Shown here: piece by piece, positions 50,722 to 59,472 of the stretch
How positions within the stretch are numbered: position 1 is the first letter of the stretch
Layout: the number at the start of each line of letters is the position of its first letter
Assembly: GCA_038874215.1 (NCBI GenBank)
Contig: JAVZCV010000001.1
Location: 2,738-66,737 of the forward strand
Source of the DNA: Candidatus Micrarchaeia archaeon
Lineage (GTDB): Archaea; Micrarchaeota; Micrarchaeia; Burarchaeales; JAVZCV01
DNA length: 64,000 nucleotides
Direction of reading: 5' to 3'
Notes under the pieces: model-generated
What the model saw: only the letters and a program-made list of their open reading frames with translations
What the model was told of the DNA's origin: nothing
Databases searched by the model: none
Position numbers and translations under genes: made by a program

Positions 50722-50768
50722 AGGGTACGTTTATAAATACGGGCTACGTTTTCTCTAACGATGGTCTC

Positions 50769-51635
50769 ATGAGATTATTCGCGCTTATTTTTGCTATCGC
50801 TCTTTCAGGGCTTGCCCTCGCTGGCTCTTGCCCACCTGGGATGAAGGACTGCTTTCTTTGTGGGGGCGTCGGCGGCATACCATGCACAACGAATTGCACT
50901 GGAAAACATGTGCCTGGGGTTGGGAACGTTGCTTGTGAATGCCCTCAGGGAGAGCCTTGCGTATGCCACTGCCCTGTCGGGGGTGGTGGAAGTGTGGCGG
51001 GGGTAGGTGAGGGTGGCATGCCAAAGGCGGGTGCAAGGCTAACATACTTCACGGGGGAGGTTTATGTGCGGATGTCAGGTGGTGGATGGGCGAGGGCTAC
51101 GGAAAACATTCCCATTTCCGAGAATTCGGCAATAAAAACAGGTAAAAATGCAAGGGCTACGATAATATTTGACGATGGTTCAAAGGTGTATATGGATGAG
51201 AATGCTGAGATTGCTATGAAGGAGCTGGAGAGGCCAGCCGGAAAAAGCACTCTAAATATTGTTGTAGAGCTTGTGAAAGCGGCGATATTCTCTGATGTTA
51301 CGAGGAGAGATGGGACTAAGTTTGAAGTAAAAACGAGTGTTTCCGTACCCGCTGTTAAAGGCACAAAGTTCTCTGTTTATTATGATGATGTTGGAAAGCA
51401 GGCGGTCGTGAAAAGCATTGAGGGCACAGTAACTGTGCCAGACAGGTATGGTCATTCAGTAGAACTCAAAGCAGGCGAGATGGTGGCGGTGACGGAAAAG
51501 GGCGGTTTGGGCGCAGTTGAAAAGTTTGATATGGAGGCAGAGGCAGGAAAATGGGGCGTATCTAAAGGAGGTTGCTGTTCTTCTGCTTTGATACTGCTCC
51601 TATTTGGGGTTTTAGCGGCATTGCAACGCTTATGA
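50769..51635 (+). CDS. Secreted FecR-domain protein with Cys-rich N-terminus and C-terminal anchor
   Basis: Signal peptide; IKTG...A.I.FDDGS.V.MDEN and AVKGTKF FecR motifs; ends GGCCSSALILLLFGVLAALQRL. Confidence 0.8.
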   Translation: MRLFALIFAIALSGLALAGSCPPGMKDCFLCGGVGGIPCTTNCTGKHVPGVGNVACECPQGEPCVCHCPVGGGGSVAGVGEGGMPKAGARLTYFTGEVYVRMSGGGWARATENIPISENSAIKTGKNARATIIFDDGSKVYMDENAEIAMKELERPAGKSTLNIVVELVKAAIFSDVTRRDGTKFEVKTSVSVPAVKGTKFSVYYDDVGKQAVVKSIEGTVTVPDRYGHSVELKAGEMVAVTEKGGLGAVEKFDMEAEAGKWGVSKGGCCSSALILLLFGVLAALQRL

Positions 51636-51686
51636 GGAACTCGTGAAGCATATGATTAATAAGCAGGTTTCACATATGGGGTCATT

Positions 51687-52538
51687 ATGAGATACGCCAT
51701 ATATTTTTTTCTCGTATTCATTCTGCTGGGTTGCTTATCCCAACCAGTTCAAGAAAAGTCAGGATATGTCTGCCCAGACGGCAGAGAAGTTAAAAACCCT
51801 TCGGAATGTGTGCCAGTTTCTGTATATACCTGCCCGAATGGAGTGGTTGTTTCTGATCCTTCAAAATGCCCTAAGGAAATTTACACATGCCCTACGGGAG
51901 AGAGGGTTGCCGACCTTTCTCTCTGCCCGCCGAGATGCAGGGAGAAAGGTTATAGGTGCGATACTGATCTTGATTGTTGTGAGCCCTTGCGTTGCATGCA
52001 GGGATACTGTGAGCTTATTGAAGTGCGCAAACCCTCCGCAAACCAGACAGCAAACAAGACAATAGATGTGGTAGAAGATATGAAGGAGAGAATAGCGCTC
52101 GCATTCGCGAACTATTCGCTTAAAGTTTCTGATGAATGGGGGCAGGCGGATGAGGGCTCGCCTCTCCTTGTAGGTGTTGATTTACGCGGTACGAGGTATG
52201 CGCGGTATTTTGCAGAGGTTTTTAATAGAAGCAATAAAGTCGGGGAGGTTCATTTGATTATATACCGAGAAAATGCGCCAAGCATACAGAAGGTAGAGGA
52301 GAACCATCGTGTCTATTCGCCCTCTATAAGCACTGATGTGGGCTATGCAAAAATAGGTAATAAAACTGCCCTGATTGTTATTAAGCATTTTTCCGCACCT
52401 CTGGGAAGGAGGCTTTACACTAGAACTACCGACGTTCTATTCGGTAATTTAAGGGTTGTATATATAACGGAGAAAAGTGGTGAAACGCCAACGCAGTATG
52501 TTCAGCCGCTTGATGTTTATCTTGCTTCGGCCTGTTAA
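51687..52538 (+). CDS. Lipoprotein with three YxCPxG repeats and a cystine-knot-like motif
   Basis: LLGC lipobox; YVCPDG/YTCPNG/YTCPTG; C-x6-C-x5-CC-x4-C-x4-C. Confidence 0.75.
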   Translation: MRYAIYFFLVFILLGCLSQPVQEKSGYVCPDGREVKNPSECVPVSVYTCPNGVVVSDPSKCPKEIYTCPTGERVADLSLCPPRCREKGYRCDTDLDCCEPLRCMQGYCELIEVRKPSANQTANKTIDVVEDMKERIALAFANYSLKVSDEWGQADEGSPLLVGVDLRGTRYARYFAEVFNRSNKVGEVHLIIYRENAPSIQKVEENHRVYSPSISTDVGYAKIGNKTALIVIKHFSAPLGRRLYTRTTDVLFGNLRVVYITEKSGETPTQYVQPLDVYLASAC

Positions 52539-52657
52539 TGGACTCGCCGGGAATTGAACCCGGAGTCTCTGCCTTTTGCTAAACTTTTTTGAGCAGTTTT
52601 TGATCAACCCAAAAAAGTTTGTGCGAAGGCAGCGTCTTACCATTCGACTACGAGCCC
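52539..52657 (-). tRNA. tRNA-Ala(CGC) with 47-nt intron (52575-52621)
   Basis: Acceptor GGGCTCG/CGAGTCC with G3:U70 and A73; anticodon stem CTGCC/GGCAG; loop TT-CGC-A|A; T-arm CCGGG-TTCAATT-CCCGG. Confidence 0.92.
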
Positions 52658-52684
52658 TGATGATTGTATTTATGTGGTTAAATT

Positions 52685-53182
52685 TTAATCACTACCATTA
52701 TGGTTGCTCGCTATCTTTTTGGCGGGTATGCCGCCTACAAAGGAGTTGGGCTCTACATTTCTGTTTACAAGCGAGCCTGCCGATATTATTGCATTATCTC
52801 CGATAGTAATGCCAGGCAGGACTATTGAGCGTGCCCCTATCAGGACGTTTTTGCCTATTTTTACCCTCCCCGCCCTCCATTCGTTGGGAAGAAATTCGTG
52901 CGTTAGGATGAGCGCATCGTAGCCTATTATCGTATTATCTCCGATTTCAATCAGTTCTGGGAAGAAAACGTCAAGCTGTGCGCAAAGTCCGATTGCCACG
53001 TTTTTGCCAACTTTAACTCCAAGAAGAGTGTAGAGAGCATTCTTAACTGCGAGGGACGGTATGTATTTGCAAATCTCTAGAATGATGAAATTTATACCGA
53101 GCCGAATGGGATTTCTTACTCTCCACCATTGCCACAGCGAATTTCTACCTTCTGTCCTATGGCATTCTATATTCCTTCGCAT
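52685..53182 (-). CDS. Hexapeptide-repeat acyltransferase (YvoF-like)
   Basis: Left-handed beta-helix repeats IGDNTIIG, IGKNVLIG, LPGITIG; LTHE. Confidence 0.88.
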   Translation of the reverse strand: MRRNIECHRTEGRNSLWQWWRVRNPIRLGINFIILEICKYIPSLAVKNALYTLLGVKVGKNVAIGLCAQLDVFFPELIEIGDNTIIGYDALILTHEFLPNEWRAGRVKIGKNVLIGARSIVLPGITIGDNAIISAGSLVNRNVEPNSFVGGIPAKKIASNHNGSD

Positions 53183-53194
53183 CCGCTTCCCTGT

Positions 53195-54538
53195 CTATTT
53201 CTTCTTTAAGCCTCGCTCTATGAAAACTTTGTGCAGTTTTTTTACAGCGCTTGGCACATCTTTGTTCTCTATAACCACAGAGATGTTTCGCTCTGATGCA
53301 CTCTGGGATATGCCTATTACGTTTATCTTTTCTTCTGCAAGGGCATCAAAAACGCGTGCCGCTGTTCCTACTTTTCCCTTCATTGCGCTCCCTATAACGG
53401 AAACAACGCCAACATCTTTCTTTATTTCTATGTTCCGTTTCCCGTTCGTGTCTTTTATTATCCGCTCAACTTTTTCAAGATGCTTTGAATCAACAACGAT
53501 AGATATCTCCCCGAATGAGGAGGATTCAACAAGAAGAAGCGGGTATATGTTCAGCCTCCCGAAGCCCGCTATCATCGTCGCAAACTCCGCCATCATTTTT
53601 TCGGAGTAGCCGAACATGTCTATCATCGCGGCGTTTTTCACTGCGCTGACCACAAGGGTATCCGTCTCATCGTTGCATATCATCGTCCCTTTACCGTGTC
53701 CATGGAAGTTCTTTATGAGTATGGGGATGTTTGCTTCAACTGCGGGTGCTATCGCTTTTTCATATATAACCTTTGAGCCGTAGTGGGCTATCTCAAGCGC
53801 ATCGTTGTAGTGTATTTTTTCAACAATGCGAGCATTCTCAACCAGCTTCGGGTCTGCCGTCATAAGACCATCAACATCTTTGTACAATGTAACCCCGCAC
53901 TTAAGTGCGGCTGCAACATACGTGGCCGTGTAATCTGAACCTCCCCTGCCGAGGGTTGTTATCTTTCCCTCCTTGCTCACCCCTACAAACCCAGGGATGA
54001 CTGGAACGCCGTCAAATCCAAGAACTTTTTTTCGTATAAGAGGCTTGCTTTCGTCCAATATTGTGGCATCCTTGTAGTTGTTGTCTGTTATTATGTACGA
54101 GCCTATGTCAGAGAAAGCCTTTGCATTTATTCCTGCTTCGTTCAGGTATGCTGCCATTATCTCAACAGAAAGCCTTTCCCCAAAAGAAACGATTTTGTCG
54201 TGTATGCTCGGAGTCACCTCCCCGAGATATCGTATTCCCGTAAGCGTGTTTTTTATCTCGCTGAAATGAGCGTCAAGCCTCTCTATAACATCCTGTGGCT
54301 TTTTTAGATTCCCGAGTGCAGAGTAGTGCTTCATCTCTATGTCCCCTATTTCAACCTTTCCCGCAAGCGCTTCGTTTATTTTCTGTATGAGAAGGTCGGT
54401 AACGCCTTTGAGCGCTGAGAGAACGAGGACAGGCCTTTTTGTGCTCCGCACTATCCGTATTGTTTTTGCCAAATCCTCTTTATCAGTAAGGCATGAGCCT
54501 CCGAACTTCAAAACCTCCATTGCTCCACCTCCAGCCAT
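53195..54538 (-). CDS. lysC: Aspartate kinase with ACT domains
   Basis: KFGGS, SFGERLS, TTLGRGGSDYTA, DVDG..TADP, SASERNIS. Confidence 0.95.
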   Translation of the reverse strand: MAGGGAMEVLKFGGSCLTDKEDLAKTIRIVRSTKRPVLVLSALKGVTDLLIQKINEALAGKVEIGDIEMKHYSALGNLKKPQDVIERLDAHFSEIKNTLTGIRYLGEVTPSIHDKIVSFGERLSVEIMAAYLNEAGINAKAFSDIGSYIITDNNYKDATILDESKPLIRKKVLGFDGVPVIPGFVGVSKEGKITTLGRGGSDYTATYVAAALKCGVTLYKDVDGLMTADPKLVENARIVEKIHYNDALEIAHYGSKVIYEKAIAPAVEANIPILIKNFHGHGKGTMICNDETDTLVVSAVKNAAMIDMFGYSEKMMAEFATMIAGFGRLNIYPLLLVESSSFGEISIVVDSKHLEKVERIIKDTNGKRNIEIKKDVGVVSVIGSAMKGKVGTAARVFDALAEEKINVIGISQSASERNISVVIENKDVPSAVKKLHKVFIERGLKKK

Positions 54539-54576
54539 TGGTTGAGATTTTCATTTGCTTAAAACAGTTTAAAATT

Positions 54577-55311
54577 TTATGGGTATACAACTCCTCCCTG
54601 CGATTTTCTTATTGCGTGCGATATGAACTTCTCTGCAAGCTCTACTGTTCGCATGGGGCCGTATCCTTGTGAAAGGTATGATGCTATTGCAGACGCAAAA
54701 ACGCACCCTCCTCCCCGCGTGCTCGTAGGGATGTATTGTTTACTAAAAACTTTGAAATTAGAACCATCGCGTACCACATCATAGATGCGTGCACCAGCTC
54801 GGATACCCTTTATAACCGCTGTTCTGCAAGGGAGTATAAGCGACGCTCGCTTTGCATCGTTTATGGATTTTACATCAATATTCGTAAGCCTTTTTGTCTC
54901 GTATAAATTTGGTGTTGCTACCATTACAAAAGGAAGGAGGTTTTTGCGGATTGCTTCCATGCACCCCCCTCTCATGAGCGCGCCGCCAGCCTGCGCACTC
55001 ATTACAGGGTCAAGGACAGAAGGGATTTGCTTTTCTTTCAGAAAATCAGCAACAACATGGACGATTCTCACCGTCCCGAGCATGCCTATCTTCACAACAT
55101 TTATTTTTTTTTCTTCGCAGACGGACTGGAGCTGCTCCTTTACAAAATTTGGAGTTAGAAATTTTACCCCTCTCACCCCATTTTTGTTTTGTGCCGTTAT
55201 AGAAGTCAAAACTGTGCAGTAATCCACTTTAAGCTTCGTGAATGTCCTGATGTCGGCGCATATCCCCGCAGCACAGGAAGGATCAAAGCCCCCTATTGAG
55301 AGAACAGCCAA
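54577..55311 (-). CDS. thiD: Hydroxymethylpyrimidine/phosphomethylpyrimidine kinase
   Basis: GFDPS..AGI.AD, TAQN, KIGML, DPVM, TPNL.E, GGGCVFASA. Confidence 0.9.
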   Translation of the reverse strand: MAVLSIGGFDPSCAAGICADIRTFTKLKVDYCTVLTSITAQNKNGVRGVKFLTPNFVKEQLQSVCEEKKINVVKIGMLGTVRIVHVVADFLKEKQIPSVLDPVMSAQAGGALMRGGCMEAIRKNLLPFVMVATPNLYETKRLTNIDVKSINDAKRASLILPCRTAVIKGIRAGARIYDVVRDGSNFKVFSKQYIPTSTRGGGCVFASAIASYLSQGYGPMRTVELAEKFISHAIRKSQGGVVYP

Positions 55312-55324
55312 CTAATCCACCCTC

Positions 55325-55582
55325 TTATTTGCGAAAATAGAGGATGAAGAAGAGGAAGAGAATGAGCATGATAAATCCGAGGATTATGGCGATGAATGCA
55401 CTCCTTTGGCTCGTGCCGAAAACGATCGGTATGGGACCTATTAGTATTATGCCGCCAGCCTCTGCGCCTTCACCCTTGCCTGCGAGCATGGAGAGGAAAA
55501 CAAGGGAAAACCCGAGAAGGATGAACGCGATTCCCAAGGGAAGCATGTTTTGCTCAAACATGTGTTGTATTTGGATGTTCAA
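55325..55582 (-). CDS. DUF131 (TIGR00304-like) membrane protein
   Basis: GGIILIGPIPIVFG motif. Start may be downstream. Confidence 0.82.
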   Translation of the reverse strand: MNIQIQHMFEQNMLPLGIAFILLGFSLVFLSMLAGKGEGAEAGGIILIGPIPIVFGTSQRSAFIAIILGFIMLILFLFFILYFRK

Positions 55583-55625
55583 TTTTTTAAATTATGGGGG
55601 GATATTGTAGCAACTCGGTGGATTT

Positions 55626-55763
55626 ATGGCGGAAGAGAGGTCTTGGGACGCTTGGAAAAAAAGCAGGGAGAAGTTTGAGAGATTAAACGAGCCTGTGTAT
55701 AGGAGAAAAAAGGGCGCTTTGCAGAGGTTCATAGAAAGCATAAGAAAGTTTTTGGGGTTTTAG
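55626..55763 (+). CDS. Small basic protein (45 aa, not in ORF track)
   Basis: GGTGG SD; MAEERSWDAWKKSREK...LQRFIESIRKFLGF with an amphipathic end. Confidence 0.45.
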   Translation: MAEERSWDAWKKSREKFERLNEPVYRRKKGALQRFIESIRKFLGF

Positions 55764-55843
55764 GTTTCTCGTTTTTTGGTATGAAGAAGTATGAAAAAGT
55801 AGGATTTATATATTGGTATAACCTAACTATAATTGGGATTAGC

Positions 55844-56248
55844 ATGGGAATCGCTGCCAGCTTGCAAAGCGCAAACAGTGCGACGAAGAGACAGAATAAG
55901 AGGGTAGTGGGTGGAAGGTTGAGGTTTGCCGAAATTGAACCTCGTGGGTTTCGGAGGAAATTTTCAGTAGAGGGAGCAATAGAGGAATTCATGGCGGCTG
56001 GCGAGAAAGGCAGGAGGAAGATTGAAGAGATGGAAAGGATGGAGAGGGAGGAATTTGAACTGCAGAAAGTTGGGGAAAGAGGTTTTGGGGAGGTTACAGA
56101 AGTTATAGGAGTTCCGTCAGAACCGATGAGCCCACCAGTTGTTGGTGGTGGCGAGAGCCTGCTTGCCCAAGCATATTCTTTCGTAAACATTATCGCGGTT
56201 CTTGGCAGGCTTATGGGCGAGAGAAAAACTGAGAAGGCAAAGCCATAG
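55844..56248 (+). CDS. Hypothetical protein
   Basis: Purine-rich coding bias; TTTATATA upstream. Confidence 0.5.
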   Translation: MGIAASLQSANSATKRQNKRVVGGRLRFAEIEPRGFRRKFSVEGAIEEFMAAGEKGRRKIEEMERMEREEFELQKVGERGFGEVTEVIGVPSEPMSPPVVGGGESLLAQAYSFVNIIAVLGRLMGERKTEKAKP

Positions 56249-56262
56249 CTAATGGTTTGTAC

Positions 56263-57003
56263 TCATATTGGCATTATCCTTCCGCCATCAACAACTATAA
56301 CCTGCCCTGTTATATAGTCGTTGCATGTTGCAAGAAAAAGCGCAACCTCTGCCACATCTTCGGGAGTTGCAAACCTGCGTGCGGGTATCGTTTCTATAAC
56401 CCGTTTTCTTCTTTCGCCTTTCAGGTGGTTCTGCATCTCCGTGTCCGTATAACCAGGGGCGATTGCGTTAACCTGAATTATCGGTGCGAGCATGTTGGCG
56501 TATGTGCGGGTTAGGGATATCACGCCAGCCTTTGAGGCGTTGTAGTGAAGCGCTGCTGAAGAGCCCTTTATGCCCGCTGTTGATGCGATATTGATTATTC
56601 TACCCCCTCCCTGTTTTTTCATGATTGGGAAAGCGATGTGCGAGCAGAGGAAAACGCCCTTCAGATTAACAGCCATTATCCTATCCCAGTTCTCCTCATT
56701 TACTTCTTCAAGGGACTGGGCCCAGTGCGCAATTCCTGCGTTATTTACTAGTATATCAAGCCTTCCGCAGTCTCTGAGAACGATATCAAACATGTTTTTT
56801 ACTTCTTTGCTTTTTGAAACGTCAGCCTTTATCGGTATTCCGCCTATTCTATCGGCGAGTTCTTTCGCTTCCTTCTCTGATTTGTTGTAGTTTATGATTA
56901 CTTTTGCCCCTTCTGATGCGAATTTCTCCGCTATCGCTTTCCCGATCCCCCTGCTTGCGCCCGTTATTAACGCAACTTTTCCAAGAAGTTTTTTTCCTGC
57001 CAT
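56263..57003 (-). CDS. FabG-like SDR oxidoreductase
   Basis: TGASRGIG, NNAG, YNASK, NAIAPG, ITGQVIVVDGG. Confidence 0.93.
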   Translation of the reverse strand: MAGKKLLGKVALITGASRGIGKAIAEKFASEGAKVIINYNKSEKEAKELADRIGGIPIKADVSKSKEVKNMFDIVLRDCGRLDILVNNAGIAHWAQSLEEVNEENWDRIMAVNLKGVFLCSHIAFPIMKKQGGGRIINIASTAGIKGSSAALHYNASKAGVISLTRTYANMLAPIIQVNAIAPGYTDTEMQNHLKGERRKRVIETIPARRFATPEDVAEVALFLATCNDYITGQVIVVDGGRIMPI

Positions 57004-57118
57004 GATATTAAGAAGAGGTGGGAAGGTTTATCTGGTTTGCTATTCACTGGAAAATTACTCTTTCACCGCATTTTTATACCAAGAAAACAGCAACGACTAC
57101 GCCGTGGAGCGTGGTGAT

Positions 57119-57331
57119 ATGAGCATAAGGATAAACATCGGAAATTTACGGTATGCGGATGTTGAGGAGATTGCAAGCGCATTCGGTGAAAACAAAAATA
57201 TCTATATCAGAAAAGCGGGAGAGAATGTTGTCTTTGAGGTAGAGAAAGAGAGTGGGGTTTCTTCCAAATACGCCGAGGAGCTTGAACCTATCGAGTATAT
57301 ATCTGCAAGAAAAACAAGAGAAGGAGAATAG
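57119..57331 (+). CDS. Small hypothetical protein
   Basis: GGTGAT SD before ATG; MSIRINIGNLRY... Confidence 0.5.
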   Translation: MSIRINIGNLRYADVEEIASAFGENKNIYIRKAGENVVFEVEKESGVSSKYAEELEPIEYISARKTREGE

Positions 57332-58409
57332 AAACCGTCAGCGGGCAAGCCCTTCCCCCTTCCTTTTTGCCATCGCCCACCCCCCCATCAACACATTGAT
57401 TGTTAACACAGCTCTTCCCTGAGGGGCATGGGGGGTTGTTGTAAGCGCAACCTTCTTTTAGGACGCAGATGTTGTTTATGCATTCTTCGTTTGAAGCGCA
57501 CGGCGGATTATCGTAGGCACAGCCGTGCAGCCTAACGCAGATGTTGTTTATGCACTCGGAGCCATACGGACATGGGGGATTGCCGTAAGAGCAGCCTTCT
57601 TTTAGGACGCAGATGTTGTTTATGCACGTGTGGTTCTCATCGCATGCAGGGCTGTTGTAGGCGCAACCCAAGTACTTCATGCAAGTGTTATTCTCGCAGT
57701 AGTGGTTTGGCGGGCATGGGGGGTTGTTGTAGGCGCATCCAACTTTTGCGATACACTCATTCAGCCTGCATGTTTCGTTTTCATTGCAGGGAGGATTCTT
57801 GTAGTAGCAACCCCTGTTCCCAACGTTTGATGCGTTGAAGGGAAATCCCTCGCTTATCACCCCACCTCTTACGATATCTATCAACTCCCTCAATGTCTGC
57901 TCTGTAAAAACACACTTATTTGACCTCAGAATATTGCAGCAAACCTCTATTCGGAATTTGGGGGCTTTGCTTGCTACTGCACTCTCAAGCTGTTGTGAAA
58001 GCTGTTCCCTGCATTCGTCCGCATTCACTATGTTGTTCGTTGGATCATGCGCATCTGCGTAGTAGGCTGATGCAACTGCGAGTGCAAACGCCTGCTCGCA
58101 TCCGTGCTTCCCCTTTGCGATAAGCCTCCAATTTGCCCCTTCTTCCCATGCAGGGCAAGAAAGTGTCTGGCGGCAGTATTTTCCGTCTATCGCAGGGCAG
58201 CCTTGGAGCGCATCAACGCAGAAGCGCCTATGGGTATCGTTTAGCACAAAGTCGGGGTATGATGCGCCCTCGTCTATTCGTTCTTTGCATTCTGATGGGT
58301 AATATGTTAGGAGTATTGACTCGGCGATATACTGTTTAGTTATAGGTCCGTATGCCGATGCGGCGTAAAAAAGCGAGAGAAGAAGCAAAAGCGCAAGAGA
58401 GTTTCTCAT
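57288..58409 (-). CDS. Surface protein: degenerate Zn-phospholipase C/S1-P1-like domain, six Cys repeats, C-terminal anchor
   Basis: Signal peptide; YGPITKQYIA, GASYPD, AYYADAHDP; six 24-aa GCxYxxPxC..C..N.C repeats; ends ACPLTVSILLLLFFLQIYTR. Confidence 0.7.
   Translation of the reverse strand: MRNSLALLLLLSLFYAASAYGPITKQYIAESILLTYYPSECKERIDEGASYPDFVLNDTHRRFCVDALQGCPAIDGKYCRQTLSCPAWEEGANWRLIAKGKHGCEQAFALAVASAYYADAHDPTNNIVNADECREQLSQQLESAVASKAPKFRIEVCCNILRSNKCVFTEQTLRELIDIVRGGVISEGFPFNASNVGNRGCYYKNPPCNENETCRLNECIAKVGCAYNNPPCPPNHYCENNTCMKYLGCAYNSPACDENHTCINNICVLKEGCSYGNPPCPYGSECINNICVRLHGCAYDNPPCASNEECINNICVLKEGCAYNNPPCPSGKSCVNNQCVDGGVGDGKKEGGRACPLTVSILLLLFFLQIYTR
57381..57812 (-). repeat. Six 72-bp coding repeats
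   Basis: GCAYNNPPC...CINNICVLKE-type units. Confidence 0.9.
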
Positions 58410-58585
58410 TTTGCCATCCTCTTAGCAAGTTTTACTATTTTGGCGGCGATTTTGTTTATTTGGTATTTGGAGAGTGGAAGCCTCATCTTTTTCAGTATTT
58501 CTTTGTTTTTGGAAAAATCAGTGCTGAATTCGCTGTTCATTTTTACGAAATCCTTTGCGAGCGCCATTGCGATGTTTCTGCTCAT
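58406..58585 (-). CDS. rps17e: Divergent 30S ribosomal protein S17e-like (59 aa, not in ORF track)
   Basis: MSRNIAMALAKDFVKMNSEFSTDFSKNKEILKK...SKYQINKIAAKIVKL matches the F-x-x-DF-x-x-NK and SK...N.IA pattern. GGAGGTGA SD; ATGA overlap with the next gene. Confidence 0.7.
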   Translation of the reverse strand: MSRNIAMALAKDFVKMNSEFSTDFSKNKEILKKMRLPLSKYQINKIAAKIVKLAKRMAK

Positions 58586-58603
58586 CTGATCACCTCCATT
58601 ATT

Positions 58604-59191
58604 CTATATAAACCACTCTGGCTCTGGAAGTATTTCCTTTTCAGCATCCTTAATGCTAACCTTCTTTCCGTCCTTTACAACATATCTTCCAAGCTCGGCA
58701 ACAACGGTTGAATTCGGCGGGACATCCTTTATAACGAGAGCACCCGCACCTATTCTGCTGTTATCCCCTATTTTAACAGGGCCGAGGATTGTGCAGCCCA
58801 CTCCAAGCACGACGTTGTTGCCTATTGTTGGATGGCGCTTTTTCCCCTTCTCATCAACCCACCAGCCATGCCCTCCAAGCGTAACGCCGTGATACATCAT
58901 CACATCGTCCCCTATCTCTGTTGTTTCCCCTATCACTATTCCCATCCCATGGTCTATGAAGAACCGCTTGCCGATTTTCGCACCTGGGTGGATTTCTATG
59001 CCTGTTAGAAAGCGGTTTATCTGCGAAATAAGGCGGGGTATGAACGGAATGCCTAGCTTGTAAAGAAAGTGGGCAATTCTATGGAGGAATATTGCATGTA
59101 TCCCTGGGTAGAGAAGAACCTCAAGCGAGTTTATGCCGTATTTCAGGGCAGGATCCTTATTGAAGGCAACCCGTATTGAATCAAGAACCAT
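58604..59191 (-). CDS. cysE: Serine O-acetyltransferase
   Basis: [33 protein letters not shown]. Confidence 0.95.
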   Translation of the reverse strand: MVLDSIRVAFNKDPALKYGINSLEVLLYPGIHAIFLHRIAHFLYKLGIPFIPRLISQINRFLTGIEIHPGAKIGKRFFIDHGMGIVIGETTEIGDDVMMYHGVTLGGHGWWVDEKGKKRHPTIGNNVVLGVGCTILGPVKIGDNSRIGAGALVIKDVPPNSTVVAELGRYVVKDGKKVSIKDAEKEILPEPEWFI

Positions 59192-59472
59192 ATGGTTAAT
59201 TTGCGCATTAGTTATTTAAATTTCAGTGCAAGCGCTGGGGCGGGCTTCCGATGAAATTTCAGAGCACAAGCTTACAAGCACAGAGGAGATAATGATCGTG
59301 TCTGATGCGGCAAGGACCCACTCGAGCGAAGTTTATGTTATTTTCGGTAGAATTGTGCTATCGGCAGATGTGATTGCGCCAAACAAAAGGAGGATAAGAA
59401 GCTCGGGATAAGCGACCATATGCAAATTCTACTGAAGCGAAAATAATAAACCTGAGGATTGTTTTGGTATAT

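Noticed and set aside
52449-52806. Short ORFs over tRNA-Ala
   Set aside because: Explained by the tRNA and flanking genes.
57381-57812. Periodic DNA repeats as a possible CRISPR array
   Set aside because: 72-bp in-frame degenerate coding repeats with no unique spacers and no cas genes; the same applies to 63057-63188.
58352-58711. 119-aa plus-strand ORF
   Set aside because: Antisense to the S17e-like gene and its neighbours.
59217-59418. Possible MFS transporter remnant on the minus strand (DSTILPKIT*TSLEWV)
   Set aside because: Similarity too short and weak to support; the plus-strand 61-aa ORF is also unconvincing.
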